Positions 53,760 to 64,000 of a stretch of 64,000 bases of DNA are shown in pieces. Under the pieces are notes generated by a model. The model was not told the DNA's origin and did no database searches. It saw only the letters and a program-made list of their open reading frames with translations. The DNA comes from Congzhengia sp. (GTDB lineage: Bacteria > Bacillota > Clostridia > UBA1381 > UBA9506): the NCBI GenBank assembly GCA_045596445.1, contig JAZOCK010000066.1, forward strand, positions 6,729 through 70,728. The letters run 5' to 3'. The translations under genes and the position numbers were made by a program. Position 1 is the first letter of the stretch, and each line of letters opens with the position of its first letter.

Positions 53760-55049
53760 CTATTTTATTTTTTTATCATTAAAAATCAAAAGGTCAATAA
53801 AATCATCATTACTTTTTGTTCTGACTAAATTATTGATTAAATTTTCAACGACATCAACAGATGTAACAGATGAAAGTTCTTTTCTGATACTCCAAACAGC
53901 TTCTAACTCTTTTTTCGATTGCAAAAGCTCTTCTTTTCTTGTGCCTGATTTATTAATATCAACAGCGGGAAAAATTCTCTTTTCTTGTAATTTTCTGTCT
54001 AAATGAAGCTCCATATTGCCCGTGCCTTTGAATTCTTCAAATATAACATCATCCATTCTACTTCCTGTTTCTATTAACGCAGTTGCTAAAATGGTCAGAC
54101 TTCCGCCGCCTTCAATATTTCTTGCCGCTCCGAAAAACTTTTTCGGCTTGTGAAGTGCTGCAGGGTCTAAACCGCCCGATAATGTCCTTCCCGATGGTGG
54201 AACTATCAGGTTATAAGCACGTGCCAATCTTGTTATGGAGTCAAGTAAAACCACAACGTCTTTATTTTGCTCAACTAATCTCTGTGCACGTTCTAAAACT
54301 ATTTCTGCAACTTTAGCATGATGCTCAGGAACCTGGTCAAAGGTCGAATATACAACATCACCATTTATTGAACGTTTTAAATCTGTGACTTCCTCGGGTC
54401 GTTCATCTATTAAAAGAACTATCAAAGTAATCTCCGGATGATTTTGTTCAATATTATTTGCTATATTCTTTAAAAGTGTTGTCTTGCCTGCTTTTGGAGG
54501 TGCTACAATCAAGCCTCTTTGACCTTTGCCTATCGGTGTCAACAAATCCATCAAACGCATAGCATAATCATTTTGTTTTGACGTTAAGTGTATTCGCTCA
54601 TCAGGAAATATAGGTGTTAAATATTCAAACGGTTTTCTTTTTATTGCTTTATCAGGCGTATCGTCATTAACGTGCTGAACATAAATTAATGCAGGAAATT
54701 TTTCCTCTTCCTTCGGTGCCCGTGCAATACCTGATACCTTATCCCCTGTTTTTAAATTAAATCTCCTTATTTGTGTCGGCGAAACATATACGTCTTTTGG
54801 TGTCGACAAATAATTTTCCCCACGTAAAAAACCGAAGCCGTTTTCAGGAAGTACCTCTAAAACACCCGAAACCAGATTGTCGCCTTCATTCAGTGTCAAT
54901 TCTTGTGTTTTTTTAGTTTCTGCTTTTTTATTGTTTTTATTCTCGATTTCTGATATAAGTTCATCTTTTTTTAGTTTCGTAATATTTTTAATGTCAAGTG
55001 TTTTTGCAATTTCACGCAATTCTTGAATTTTTTTAGATGATAAATCCAT
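53760..55049 (-). CDS. rho: Transcription termination factor Rho (short form)
   Basis: [55 protein letters not shown]; 429 aa. Confidence 0.98.
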   Translation of the reverse strand: MDLSSKKIQELREIAKTLDIKNITKLKKDELISEIENKNNKKAETKKTQELTLNEGDNLVSGVLEVLPENGFGFLRGENYLSTPKDVYVSPTQIRRFNLKTGDKVSGIARAPKEEEKFPALIYVQHVNDDTPDKAIKRKPFEYLTPIFPDERIHLTSKQNDYAMRLMDLLTPIGKGQRGLIVAPPKAGKTTLLKNIANNIEQNHPEITLIVLLIDERPEEVTDLKRSINGDVVYSTFDQVPEHHAKVAEIVLERAQRLVEQNKDVVVLLDSITRLARAYNLIVPPSGRTLSGGLDPAALHKPKKFFGAARNIEGGGSLTILATALIETGSRMDDVIFEEFKGTGNMELHLDRKLQEKRIFPAVDINKSGTRKEELLQSKKELEAVWSIRKELSSVTSVDVVENLINNLVRTKSNDDFIDLLIFNDKKIK

Positions 55050-55116
55050 AAAAAATCTCCATTCTGATATAAAATTTTAAAATAAATAGGGAAAATTTGT
55101 AAGAAAAAAAATTAAG

Positions 55117-55145
55117 TTACCGCAGTGCAGAATGCACTGCGGTAA
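55117..55145 (-). terminator. Intrinsic terminator of ilvE
   Basis: TTACCGCAGTGCA-N3-TGCACTGCGGTAA then a T-rich tract on the minus strand. Confidence 0.8.
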
Positions 55146-55159
55146 TAAAGATTATAAAA

Positions 55160-56224
55160 TTATTTTATTCTGTATGTAAAATTAAGTTTATCTTCAACTG
55201 TTCCTTTTTGAATGCCTGTAATTGTATCATATAAGAATTGTGAAATTTTACCGATTTCATTGTTGTTAATAATCATTTTTTCGCCTTTGTAACAAAGCTC
55301 GCCAACAGGAGAGATAACAGCTGCTGTTCCTGTACCGAATACCTCTTCTAATTTGCCCTCTTTATAAGCGTTAACAACCTCTTCTATCGATACACGTCTT
55401 TCTGTAGCATTATAACCATAAGCTTTAAGCACTTTTAATACAGAATCTCTTGTAATTCCGGGTAAGATACTTCCGTTTAATTCAGGTGTTACGATTTCAT
55501 CGCCAATTTTAAAGAAGATGTTCATAGCACCAACTTCTTCAATGTATTTTCTCTCTACGCCATCAAGCCAAAGAACCTGTGAATAACCTTTTTCCTCAGA
55601 AACCGCCTGAGCCTTTAAGCTTGCAGCATAGTTGCCTGCGGTTTTAGCATAGCCCATACCGCCGCGTACCGCACGTACATAATCATCTTCAACCCAAATT
55701 TTAACAGGTGCTAAACCATCCTTATAATATGAACCAACAGGGCTTAAAATAACAACAAATTTGTATGTCTTTGAAGGATGTACTCCTAAAGCATTATCTG
55801 TACCAAAAATAAATGGACGGATATAAAGCGATGTTCCCTCACCCTCAGGAATCCAATCTTGTTCTAACAAAACCAGTTGTTTAATGGCTTCTACTGCAAA
55901 TTCCTCATCAATCTGCGGTATGCAAAGTCTGTCATTTGACTGATTAATTCTTTGCATATTCTTTTCAGGTCTATAAAGGAATATTTCACCATTTTCACCC
56001 TTATAAGCCTTTAAACCTTCAAAAATTGCCTGGCCATAATGAAGCGTTGTACATGAAGGTTCAATTTCGAAAGGACCATAAGGAATAATTCTTGCGTCAT
56101 ACCAACCCTTTTCTGTGCTGTAATCCATAACAAACATATGGTCTGTAAAAATTTTACCAAAACCTAAGCCAGAAGCGTCAGGTTTAGCTTTTGGTGTTGT
56201 TGTTTTTGTCACTGTAATTTCCAT
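55160..56224 (-). CDS. ilvE: Branched-chain amino acid aminotransferase
   Basis: [42 protein letters not shown]. Confidence 0.96.
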   Translation of the reverse strand: MEITVTKTTTPKAKPDASGLGFGKIFTDHMFVMDYSTEKGWYDARIIPYGPFEIEPSCTTLHYGQAIFEGLKAYKGENGEIFLYRPEKNMQRINQSNDRLCIPQIDEEFAVEAIKQLVLLEQDWIPEGEGTSLYIRPFIFGTDNALGVHPSKTYKFVVILSPVGSYYKDGLAPVKIWVEDDYVRAVRGGMGYAKTAGNYAASLKAQAVSEEKGYSQVLWLDGVERKYIEEVGAMNIFFKIGDEIVTPELNGSILPGITRDSVLKVLKAYGYNATERRVSIEEVVNAYKEGKLEEVFGTGTAAVISPVGELCYKGEKMIINNNEIGKISQFLYDTITGIQKGTVEDKLNFTYRIK

Positions 56225-56257
56225 TTTTTTGTCGCCTCCAAATTTTTTTCAACTAAA

Positions 56258-56286
56258 ATTGTAACACATTTCTTGTTATGTGTCAA
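56258..56286 (-). promoter_or_regulatory. SigA promoter of ilvE
   Basis: TTGACA-17-TACAAT with TG extension; -35 overlaps the upstream stop codon. Confidence 0.7.
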
Positions 56287-56921
56287 TCATTCTTGATAAA
56301 ATCAAAAAAAACGTTATTATTATACATAACTTTAGCAAATTCCGAGTTATTTACTGATTTTACAATTATATTATCTGCATTAAAGGTTGCCGAAATCATT
56401 ACAACAATCAATAGCAAATAAACGACTAACAAGCCTCTCAAAAATCCAAAAAGTGCACCTAAAAGTCTATCAAACCAGCCTATAAAGGGCAGTTTTTTTA
56501 TAAAACCAAAGCCAAACATAAAAAGCATTATTAAAATTCGTACTGCTATAAAAATCAAGGCTATACTGAGTATTTTAACCGCCAAATCTCCAATTTTTTC
56601 AGCCAGGGATTTTATGACCTTATTCTCCACTTCTTCGGCGTTTTCTTTTACACTATTAAGCATCTCTCGTGGCAGATTAAGCTCAGATACAATACTTTCT
56701 TCTTTTTTATCATCTGTTCCAATTTTCTTTTCTATGTTTTCGTATATTTTATCATATACAGGAGTTGATTTTATGTATTCTTCAACCCGTGGGCAAAATG
56801 TAAGGGCCAAAGCAAAAGAAAGTATAATAGAAATAATACCTGTCAACGTGCGTAAAAATCCTTTTTTGTACCCTAAAAACGTAAGTCCGACAAGTATTAT
56901 CAATAAAATTATATCTCCCAT
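56283..56921 (-). CDS. CvpA family membrane protein
   Basis: GYKKGFL and DRLLGALFGFLRG motifs; four TM segments. Confidence 0.85.
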   Translation of the reverse strand: MGDIILLIILVGLTFLGYKKGFLRTLTGIISIILSFALALTFCPRVEEYIKSTPVYDKIYENIEKKIGTDDKKEESIVSELNLPREMLNSVKENAEEVENKVIKSLAEKIGDLAVKILSIALIFIAVRILIMLFMFGFGFIKKLPFIGWFDRLLGALFGFLRGLLVVYLLLIVVMISATFNADNIIVKSVNNSEFAKVMYNNNVFFDFIKND

Positions 56922-56940
56922 ATGTAAACCACCTCACGAA

Positions 56941-58065
56941 TTATATTCCTATAATATATCCCACATTACCCGTAAAACCGAGTATTTTATTACTGTTACC
57001 AAAAAAAGATACATCAGTTATATCAAATCCTGTATCAATCAGCTTTTGCTCTCTTCCGTTGTAGTCTAATATATTAATCAAACCCTCTCTGCTCATAACT
57101 ATATGGTTGTTTGTAGCGTCTATGGATTTCGAAACATAATCATAATCGTGTGTCGAAATCAAAGAACCGTTTTTATTATATACAGAAAGTGAATATCTTT
57201 TATTATCAATAGTATTTTTTTCGAAGGTCATAACAAGTCCGCTTTTTGTTGTTTTGTATGAAAGTAATGTGTCCGAGCTGTATGGAATTTCTCCTTTTTT
57301 ATCTCCTGTTACTGCATAAATCTCTGTTTTTGATTCTCCTATGCAATACACATAATTTTCATATACTGTTAAATCTGCTATTATCTCATTTTCAAAATTC
57401 ACGATTGAAATCGGTTCTTCTTTAGAAATGTTATAAAAGCTTAATACGGTGTTTGCAGTACTTCCTTGTGTATCAAGAGAAGATATAATGATATTTTTGT
57501 TGTTATTTGCAACAACTGCATCAAACACAAGTTTTGTTCCAGAGGTCCATACAAACATTTCCTCGCCTTTTTCATTATATAAAATTACATCTCTTTTATG
57601 CATATCGCCCTCTGTTACAACTACGCAATTTCCCGATGTATTTACTGATATGTTCTTAATAGGCTTTGTTGTCTCAATTTTTTTTTGAATTTCAGTATCA
57701 TTAATAATATATACGTTATTTTTGCCCAAATCTCCAAGTGCAACATATTTGCCTGCAACAGATAAGCAAGGCGTTTCAACGGATATTGGAAGGGTTGCTT
57801 TTTCATTTCCGTTGTCATCTATTATTATTACCTTGTCTGTTGTCACAAAATAGATATATTTATCATTTGATACGTGCTTGTAGGTTGTATTTTCCCCAAG
57901 TGGTATATCTATTTTTTTTGAATTGACATGTGTACTTTTTGAAATCGACGGAGTTTTCATTCCAAAAAATCTTACAGCAACCTCTTTACCTATAAAAAGT
58001 AAAAGCAATATTGCTATTACTATTATAACAGCTATTACAATTTTTTTTATAATGTCGTTTTTCAT
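56941..58065 (-). CDS. Membrane-anchored predicted beta-propeller protein (DUF5711-like)
   Basis: Single N-terminal TM followed by beta-strand-rich repeats such as YNEKGE; adjacent to the CvpA gene. Confidence 0.6.
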   Translation of the reverse strand: MKNDIIKKIVIAVIIVIAILLLLFIGKEVAVRFFGMKTPSISKSTHVNSKKIDIPLGENTTYKHVSNDKYIYFVTTDKVIIIDDNGNEKATLPISVETPCLSVAGKYVALGDLGKNNVYIINDTEIQKKIETTKPIKNISVNTSGNCVVVTEGDMHKRDVILYNEKGEEMFVWTSGTKLVFDAVVANNNKNIIISSLDTQGSTANTVLSFYNISKEEPISIVNFENEIIADLTVYENYVYCIGESKTEIYAVTGDKKGEIPYSSDTLLSYKTTKSGLVMTFEKNTIDNKRYSLSVYNKNGSLISTHDYDYVSKSIDATNNHIVMSREGLINILDYNGREQKLIDTGFDITDVSFFGNSNKILGFTGNVGYIIGI

Positions 58066-58079
58066 ATTTATGCTCTCCC

Positions 58080-58817
58080 TTAATATTCTATTTCATAAAG
58101 CATAAGTCCTTCAGGCGGTGCCGTTATGCCTGCTCTTTTTCGTTCTTTTGACAATATTATATCTGAAATGTCCGAAGCTTTTAAACTTCCTTTTCCGACG
58201 CTTAATATAGTTCCGGCAATAATTCTTACCATATTGTATAAAAAACCATCGCCTTTTATTTTTATCGTTATTAAACCATTTTCAAAAGATATCGTACACT
58301 CGTATATGGTGCGTTCAAAGGTTTTAGCTTGTCCTCCCTTTGACATAAATGCAGAAAAATCATGTTTTCCTAAAAAATACTCAGGACACTTTTCCATTTC
58401 ATTGTGATCTAAAGGATATTTATAACGCCATACATAAGGTCTTTTAAATACATCCCCATACTTAGAAGCATCTATTCTATAAATATAGGTTTTTGATTTT
58501 GCACTGTATCTCGAATGAAAATCCTGAGTACAATTTTCAATAGACTTGATTTTTATATCATCGGGTAAAATCGCATTTACGCCAAGCATTATGCGTTCAT
58601 TGTCAATATCTGTATCAAAAAAAGAATGTGCAACGTAATTTTCAGCATGAACTCCTGCATCAGTTCGGCTCGCACCTACAATTTCAATCGGTTGTCTTAA
58701 TATTACAGAAAATGCTTTTTCAACCTCTTCTTGTATTGTTACGGCGTTTTTTTGTGTCTGCCAGCCGGAAAATTCAGTTCCTTTATACATCAGGGTTATT
58801 TTGTGATTTTGACTCAT
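58080..58817 (-). CDS. truA: tRNA pseudouridine(38-40) synthase
   Basis: GWQTQ, SRTDAGVHA, GFLYNMVRII, TAPPEGL. Confidence 0.97.
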   Translation of the reverse strand: MSQNHKITLMYKGTEFSGWQTQKNAVTIQEEVEKAFSVILRQPIEIVGASRTDAGVHAENYVAHSFFDTDIDNERIMLGVNAILPDDIKIKSIENCTQDFHSRYSAKSKTYIYRIDASKYGDVFKRPYVWRYKYPLDHNEMEKCPEYFLGKHDFSAFMSKGGQAKTFERTIYECTISFENGLITIKIKGDGFLYNMVRIIAGTILSVGKGSLKASDISDIILSKERKRAGITAPPEGLMLYEIEY

Positions 58818-58831
58818 AGCTACTCCTTAAA

Positions 58832-59635
58832 TTAAAAGAGAATATCAAGTGTTATCGCACACGTTAAAAACACTAAGGTTATTAATGTTCCTAATGCATC
58901 AGCATAAGTAAATCTGATAGGCGAAAGTCTTGTTCTTCCTTCTCCACCCATATAGCAACGACTCTCCATAGCGACTGCTAAATCATCTGCACGTCTGAAA
59001 GCACTTATAAACAACGGTACCATCATAGGTATTAAAGACTTAGCTCTTTTAAAAACAGAGCCTGTATCAAATGATGCTCCTCTTGCTTGTTGTGCCTTGA
59101 TAATTTTATCAGTTTCCTCAATTAAAGTAGGTACAAATTTAATTGCAATACTCATCATCATGGCTAATTCGTGTGTAGGAAAGCCTATCTTCGACAAAGG
59201 TTTTAACAGTTTTTCTATACCATCTGTTAAAGCCATAGGAGATGTAGCATAAGTAAGGGCACTGCTGCCGATGATTAAAAGAATTAATCTTACTGCCATT
59301 TTTACAGCAATAATTACACCTTCTACAGTAATACCAATTGAAAAACCTAAAATTGGCAAATCTCTGCCATCTGTTAAAAACATATTTAAAATTGATGTAA
59401 AAACAATTATAAAAAGTATCGGTTTTAAGCCTTTTAAATACATTTTTACAGGCACTTTAGAGACTATCATTACAAAAAGTGTAAAAAGCACCAAAACTGC
59501 ATAGCTAAATGCTGTTCGTGCTACAAAGATAACAATGATATTTAAAATAAACAGTAGTATTTTCGTTCTTGGATCGAGCTTATGGAGAAAAGAATCAATT
59601 GGAAAGTACTGCCCTAAGGTTATATCTTTAAGCAT
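58832..59635 (-). CDS. ecfT: ECF transporter transmembrane component T
   Basis: [19 protein letters not shown]. Confidence 0.94.
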   Translation of the reverse strand: MLKDITLGQYFPIDSFLHKLDPRTKILLFILNIIVIFVARTAFSYAVLVLFTLFVMIVSKVPVKMYLKGLKPILFIIVFTSILNMFLTDGRDLPILGFSIGITVEGVIIAVKMAVRLILLIIGSSALTYATSPMALTDGIEKLLKPLSKIGFPTHELAMMMSIAIKFVPTLIEETDKIIKAQQARGASFDTGSVFKRAKSLIPMMVPLFISAFRRADDLAVAMESRCYMGGEGRTRLSPIRFTYADALGTLITLVFLTCAITLDILF

Positions 59636-60500
59636 TTTCCCTCTCCTCCTTTAACTTAGCAAAATACGAAAGCAATTCTTTTTTTGCCGCATCTACTGTG
59701 TAAATGTTTTTGTTTATACAAAGCCCTCTTTTAATAAGCTCATCTATTAAACTGCTGATTTGCGGTACGTTTAATCCTATATCACGAAGCTCTCTGCCTC
59801 TTGAAAAAACCTCATCGACAGTGCCATCTAAAAAGATTTTTCCTTCGTTCATTACGATTAGTCTGTCAACTAATCGTGCAACGTCCTCCATAGAGTGAGA
59901 AACCAGAATAATAGTCATATTACCCTCGCTATGGATTGATTTTATCTGAGATAAAATTTCCTCCCTGCCTGCAGGGTCTAATCCCGCTGTCGGTTCATCA
60001 AGTATCAAAACCTGAGGATTCATCGATATAACACCTGCAATTGCAACTCTACGCTTCTGACCGCCTGACAGGTCAAAAGGAGATTTTTCTAACACATCTT
60101 CGTCTAATCCTACACAACGTGCTGCGTCACGCACACGAACATCAATTTCTTCTTTAGAAAGACCCAAATTTGCAGGTCCAAATGCAATATCCTTATACAC
60201 AGTTTCCTCAAAGAGCTGATGCTCAGGATACTGAAATACAAGTCCGACATTAAAGCGAAGTTGTTTTAGCTCTTCTCCTTTTGCAGAGGTGTCACGTTCA
60301 TTTACATAAATTTTACCTGCATCCGGCTTTAAAAGTCCGTTCAAATGTTGAACCAAAGTAGATTTTCCTGAGCCTGTGTGACCAATTAAACCTATAAATT
60401 CGCCATCTTTAATTTCTAAATTTATATTATCCAGGGCCTTTTTTTCAAAAGGACTTCCCGGCATATAAATATATTCCAGATTTTCTATTTTAATTGCCAC
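59628..60500 (-). CDS. ecfA2: ECF transporter ATPase A2
   Basis: [33 protein letters not shown]. Confidence 0.94.
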   Translation of the reverse strand: MAIKIENLEYIYMPGSPFEKKALDNINLEIKDGEFIGLIGHTGSGKSTLVQHLNGLLKPDAGKIYVNERDTSAKGEELKQLRFNVGLVFQYPEHQLFEETVYKDIAFGPANLGLSKEEIDVRVRDAARCVGLDEDVLEKSPFDLSGGQKRRVAIAGVISMNPQVLILDEPTAGLDPAGREEILSQIKSIHSEGNMTIILVSHSMEDVARLVDRLIVMNEGKIFLDGTVDEVFSRGRELRDIGLNVPQISSLIDELIKRGLCINKNIYTVDAAKKELLSYFAKLKEERENA

Positions 60501-61341
60501 TCTTTACGCTCCTAACATAATCCATTAATCTATCTGCACATTCATTTATAGTTAAAACATCATAATCTATATCCAGACCAGCTTTATTTAACTCATACGC
60601 AAGCTCTGTAACCTGCGGAACATCAAGCCCTAAGTTTTTTAATATATCTACCTGAGAAAAAACCTTGCGTGGTTCATCATCAATTACAATTTTACCATCG
60701 TCCATAACTACCACTCGGTCTGAAAGAGCTGCCTCGTCCATATAGTGCGTAATTAAAACTACTGTCATATTTTTATTAGCCTTAAGCTTTAAAATAGTTT
60801 CAATGACTTCTTTTCTGCCCATAGGGTCGAGCATTGCAGTAGGCTCGTCCATAACTATACATTCAGGCTCCATAGCAATTGCACCCGCAATGGCAACACG
60901 TTGCTTTTGACCGCCCGACAAAAGATGTGGTGCGTGTTTTCTGTAATGGTACATATCCACAGTTTTTAGTGCTTCGTCTACTCTTCTTCTTATTTCATCT
61001 GACGGAATTCCTAAATTTTCAGGTGCGAATGCTACATCTTCTTCAACAACATTTGCAACAATTTGATTGTCCGGATTTTGAAAAACCATACCTACATGAC
61101 GTCTTATCTCCCAGATTTTTTTCTCGTCCTTCGTATTTATGCCATCTACATAGACATTTCCGCCTAAAGGCGTTAAAAGCCCGTTAAAATGCTTGGCAAG
61201 TGTTGATTTTCCACAACCGTTATGACCTAAAATCGCAACAAACTCGCCTTTTTTTATATTTAAATTTAAGCTGTCTAAAACTGTGTCTATCTTTTTGACA
61301 CCATTATCATAGGAGTAAAATAAATTTTCTGTTTTTAACAT
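60490..61341 (-). CDS. ecfA1: ECF transporter ATPase A1
   Basis: [32 protein letters not shown]. Confidence 0.94.
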   Translation of the reverse strand: MLKTENLFYSYDNGVKKIDTVLDSLNLNIKKGEFVAILGHNGCGKSTLAKHFNGLLTPLGGNVYVDGINTKDEKKIWEIRRHVGMVFQNPDNQIVANVVEEDVAFAPENLGIPSDEIRRRVDEALKTVDMYHYRKHAPHLLSGGQKQRVAIAGAIAMEPECIVMDEPTAMLDPMGRKEVIETILKLKANKNMTVVLITHYMDEAALSDRVVVMDDGKIVIDDEPRKVFSQVDILKNLGLDVPQVTELAYELNKAGLDIDYDVLTINECADRLMDYVRSVKSGN

Positions 61342-61345
61342 TAAA

Positions 61346-62590
61346 TCACCTTATTTGTCCATTGCCGTATATTATATATTTTGAGGTTGTAAGCTCACGA
61401 AGTCCTAGCGGTCCTCTTGCGTGCAGTTTTTGTGTACTGATACCAATCTCTGCACCAAAACCAAATTCAAACCCGTCTGTGAAGCGAGTCGATGCATTAA
61501 TGTAAACTGCCGCAGAATCAATTTCTGCCAAAAATCTCTGTGACTTTTCATAATTTGTTGTTATTATTGCCTCAGAATGCTTTGTACTGAATTTATTAAT
61601 ATGCTCTATTGCTTCGTCTGTATCGTCAACTACTTTTACTGAAATTTTATAATCTAAATACTCTTTTTCATAGTCGTCATCAGTAGCAGGTGTAGCTTCT
61701 TTTAAAATTTTACACGTTCTTTCACAACCAAAAACTTCAACATTATGTGCTTTTAGCCTTTCGAAAATTACAGGAAGTGCAGTTTCCGCTATTTCTTTAT
61801 CAATCAACAGCGACTCGCAGGCATTGCATACTGAAACTCTTGTTGTTTTTGCGTTTTCTATAATTTCTGCAGCCATATTTATGTCTGCACTTTGCTCTAC
61901 ATATATGTGACAATTTCCTGTTCCTGTTTCAATAACGGGTACAGTCGCTGTATTTACAACAGTCTTTATAAGTCCTGCTCCGCCTCTTGGAATGAGCACA
62001 TCAATATAATCATTTAAACGCATCATTTCTGCGGCTGTTTCACGAGATGTATCTTCCACCAAAGATATCGCGTCTTCAGGTGCACCTACGCTTGAAAGTG
62101 CCTTTTTCATTATTTTAACTAATACTTTATTTGAATTTATGGCTTCACTTCCGCCACGAAGAATGCACGCATTAGAGGTCTTCAGGCATAGTGTTGCTGC
62201 ATCTACAGTAACATTAGGGCGTGCTTCATAAATAATTCCGATTACTCCCAAAGGTACACGCTTTCTTCCAATAATTAACCCATTAGGTCTTTTAACCATT
62301 TCAGTAATTTCTCCAACAGGGTCAGGTAACAAATCCACCTGGCGTACACCTTCTGCAATTTGCTCCACACGTTCCTTTGTCAGCTTAAGTCTGTCATAAA
62401 AGCCTGCTTTTTCATTATTTTTAAGGAGAGCTGTTAAATCCTTTTCGTTTTCTTTTAGGATTTCCTCAGTATTTTTTATCAGTTCATCAGCAATAGCATT
62501 AAGTGCCTTTGACTTTATATCACTCTTAATGTTTATAAGCTTAAAGCTTGCATTTTTTGCTTTTTTGCCAAGTAAATTTAAATCGCACAT
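61346..62590 (-). CDS. proA: Glutamate-5-semialdehyde dehydrogenase
   Basis: [35 protein letters not shown]. Confidence 0.97.
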   Translation of the reverse strand: MCDLNLLGKKAKNASFKLINIKSDIKSKALNAIADELIKNTEEILKENEKDLTALLKNNEKAGFYDRLKLTKERVEQIAEGVRQVDLLPDPVGEITEMVKRPNGLIIGRKRVPLGVIGIIYEARPNVTVDAATLCLKTSNACILRGGSEAINSNKVLVKIMKKALSSVGAPEDAISLVEDTSRETAAEMMRLNDYIDVLIPRGGAGLIKTVVNTATVPVIETGTGNCHIYVEQSADINMAAEIIENAKTTRVSVCNACESLLIDKEIAETALPVIFERLKAHNVEVFGCERTCKILKEATPATDDDYEKEYLDYKISVKVVDDTDEAIEHINKFSTKHSEAIITTNYEKSQRFLAEIDSAAVYINASTRFTDGFEFGFGAEIGISTQKLHARGPLGLRELTTSKYIIYGNGQIR

Positions 62591-62602
62591 AGTTATCCCT
62601 CT

Positions 62603-63379
62603 TTATTTTTTAGGTTTAAATCTTGTACAAACAGCATTTCCTTCTAAAATATCGTAAATAATTTTAGGATTTTTGCCGTTTGCAATCACCATTTCAATTC
62701 CTGCTTCCATTGCGTGTTTCGCGGCAATAAGCTTTGTTACCATACCGCCCGTACCACGAGATGTACCTTCTCCACCTGCAGACTCCATAATTTCGTCTGT
62801 TATTTCTGTTACAACGTCTACAAGCTTTGCATCTTTGTATTTTGCAGGATTTTTGTCATACAAGCCATCGATATCCGATAAAATGATTATAATATCAGCA
62901 TTTATAAGTTCTGCGACAACGTCTGAAAGCGTATCATTATCACCAAACATAATTTCTGCAGTAGATATTACATCGTTTTCGTTTATAATAGGCACAACAC
63001 CCCACTCGAAAAGCGTGTTAAAGGCATTAACAACATTTTCCTTGCGTTCTTCGTTGTCTAATATATTCTTCGTTAATAAAAGCTGCGAAACATCTTTTCC
63101 GTACTCAGCAAAAAATTTTCCGTAAAGGCTCATTAACTCACTTTGACCTACTGCAGATGCCGCCTGCTTTTCGGGCGTTTTTTTAGGTCTTTCCTTAAAG
63201 CCAAGCTTGCTTACCCCTACTGCAATAGCACCACTGGTAACCAACGCCACCTCACATCCGCTATGGCAAAGGTCAGATATTACTTGTGCTAAAAGCTCAA
63301 TTTGTCTTATGTTGATTTTTCCTGTATCGTAGGTAAGAGAAGATGTACCTACCTTTATTACAACTCTCTTTTTACTCAT
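62603..63379 (-). CDS. proB: Glutamate 5-kinase (no PUA domain)
   Basis: KVGTSS, TSGAI, INEND, GDNDTL, GTGGMVTK. Confidence 0.96.
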   Translation of the reverse strand: MSKKRVVIKVGTSSLTYDTGKINIRQIELLAQVISDLCHSGCEVALVTSGAIAVGVSKLGFKERPKKTPEKQAASAVGQSELMSLYGKFFAEYGKDVSQLLLTKNILDNEERKENVVNAFNTLFEWGVVPIINENDVISTAEIMFGDNDTLSDVVAELINADIIIILSDIDGLYDKNPAKYKDAKLVDVVTEITDEIMESAGGEGTSRGTGGMVTKLIAAKHAMEAGIEMVIANGKNPKIIYDILEGNAVCTRFKPKK

Positions 63380-63914
63380 TGTTTTCTCCCGTAGTTTTAA
63401 TTTCGATGCCGATTATTTTTGGCTTTGTTTTAACATTAGATGTTTTAATTTCAATTTCTTTTCCGTACAAAATCTGCAATCCGCTCTCGGTATGAAATCC
63501 TGTTTCTGTACTTTTTCCATTTGCTTTTACAGTAATTGTTACATCATATCGCTCAGGGATTTCTGCAGAGTAAACATAGCCATCGTTAGCCACATATTCG
63601 CTCACAGAGGGTTTCGAAGAAATTTCGCTTATAGTTCCTATAAATTTATTATCCTCTGTTTCGTATACATCATCGCCCTCGCACAAAGCATCGCGTGTCA
63701 TACTCCGTACACCTTTTAAATAAAATGTTACCGTTGCCTCTTTAAGAGGTGCAGAAGAATTTAATGCAAGCTTAGAATTGTCGTTTAGCTTTCCGCTGTT
63801 TAAAGTGGATACAGTAAAATATGTTCCCAGAACACCTGTTAAGATAACAATAATAACTAAAATATCAACTATGCTTATTTTACCGAAGAGTTTACCATTC
63901 TTATCAATAAACAT
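63372..63914 (-). CDS. Membrane-anchored protein, DUF4330-like
   Basis: IDKNGKLFGKISIVD N-terminal motif followed by one TM segment. Confidence 0.7.
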   Translation of the reverse strand: MFIDKNGKLFGKISIVDILVIIVILTGVLGTYFTVSTLNSGKLNDNSKLALNSSAPLKEATVTFYLKGVRSMTRDALCEGDDVYETEDNKFIGTISEISSKPSVSEYVANDGYVYSAEIPERYDVTITVKANGKSTETGFHTESGLQILYGKEIEIKTSNVKTKPKIIGIEIKTTGENNE

Positions 63915-64000
63915 TATTCCTGCACCTCCATTGCTTCATTTAAGTCTTTCACATCGACAATTACGCCCTTAGCATATGCATCCCCGATATTTAAATCAAT
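63914..64000 (-). CDS. C-terminal end of an upstream gene (partial)
   Basis: Open frame ...IGDAYAKGVIVDVKDLNEAMEVQE with TAATG stop/start overlap and a GGAGG RBS for the next gene. Confidence 0.6.
   Translation of the reverse strand: MDLNIGDAYAKGVIVDVKDLNEAMEVQE

Noticed and set aside
53677-53762. Rho-peptide fusion by readthrough or frameshift
   Set aside because: The Rho frame hits TAG then GTT GAA TAA; the peptide is in a different frame with a TGA at 53740-53738 upstream.

Overview
AT-rich core-chromosome window from a spore-forming clostridial Firmicute. About 50 housekeeping genes lie almost all on the minus strand, with no prophage, IS, CRISPR, rRNA or tRNA seen. Content includes hrcA-grpE-dnaK-dnaJ with a CIRCE, holA, comEC, polC, ispG, pyk, nadK-argR-recN, gap, ispE, obgE, a WalRK-like two-component pair, metG-pta-ackA-eda-kdgK, gpr, pcrA, trmFO, lon, rho, ilvE, truA, ECF module genes and proBA. 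Two items are missed or mis-called by the ORF track. (1) A ~620-nt structured non-coding RNA between ispA and a small membrane-protein gene matches the known OLE RNA/oapA system, here in a rearranged neighbourhood. (2) A 45-aa microprotein that is 76% Asn/Gln, with its own RBS, terminator and a forespore-type promoter candidate, is encoded directly after a rho gene that lacks an N-terminal low-complexity insertion; this is the best candidate for an undescribed system. Smaller points: a recurring TGTAGCA-N3-TGCTACA hairpin core, a perfect 44-bp palindrome, a doubled CIRCE-like arrangement and an apparently non-cleavable LexA/S24-type regulator. All calls come from reading the sequence; no searches were run.
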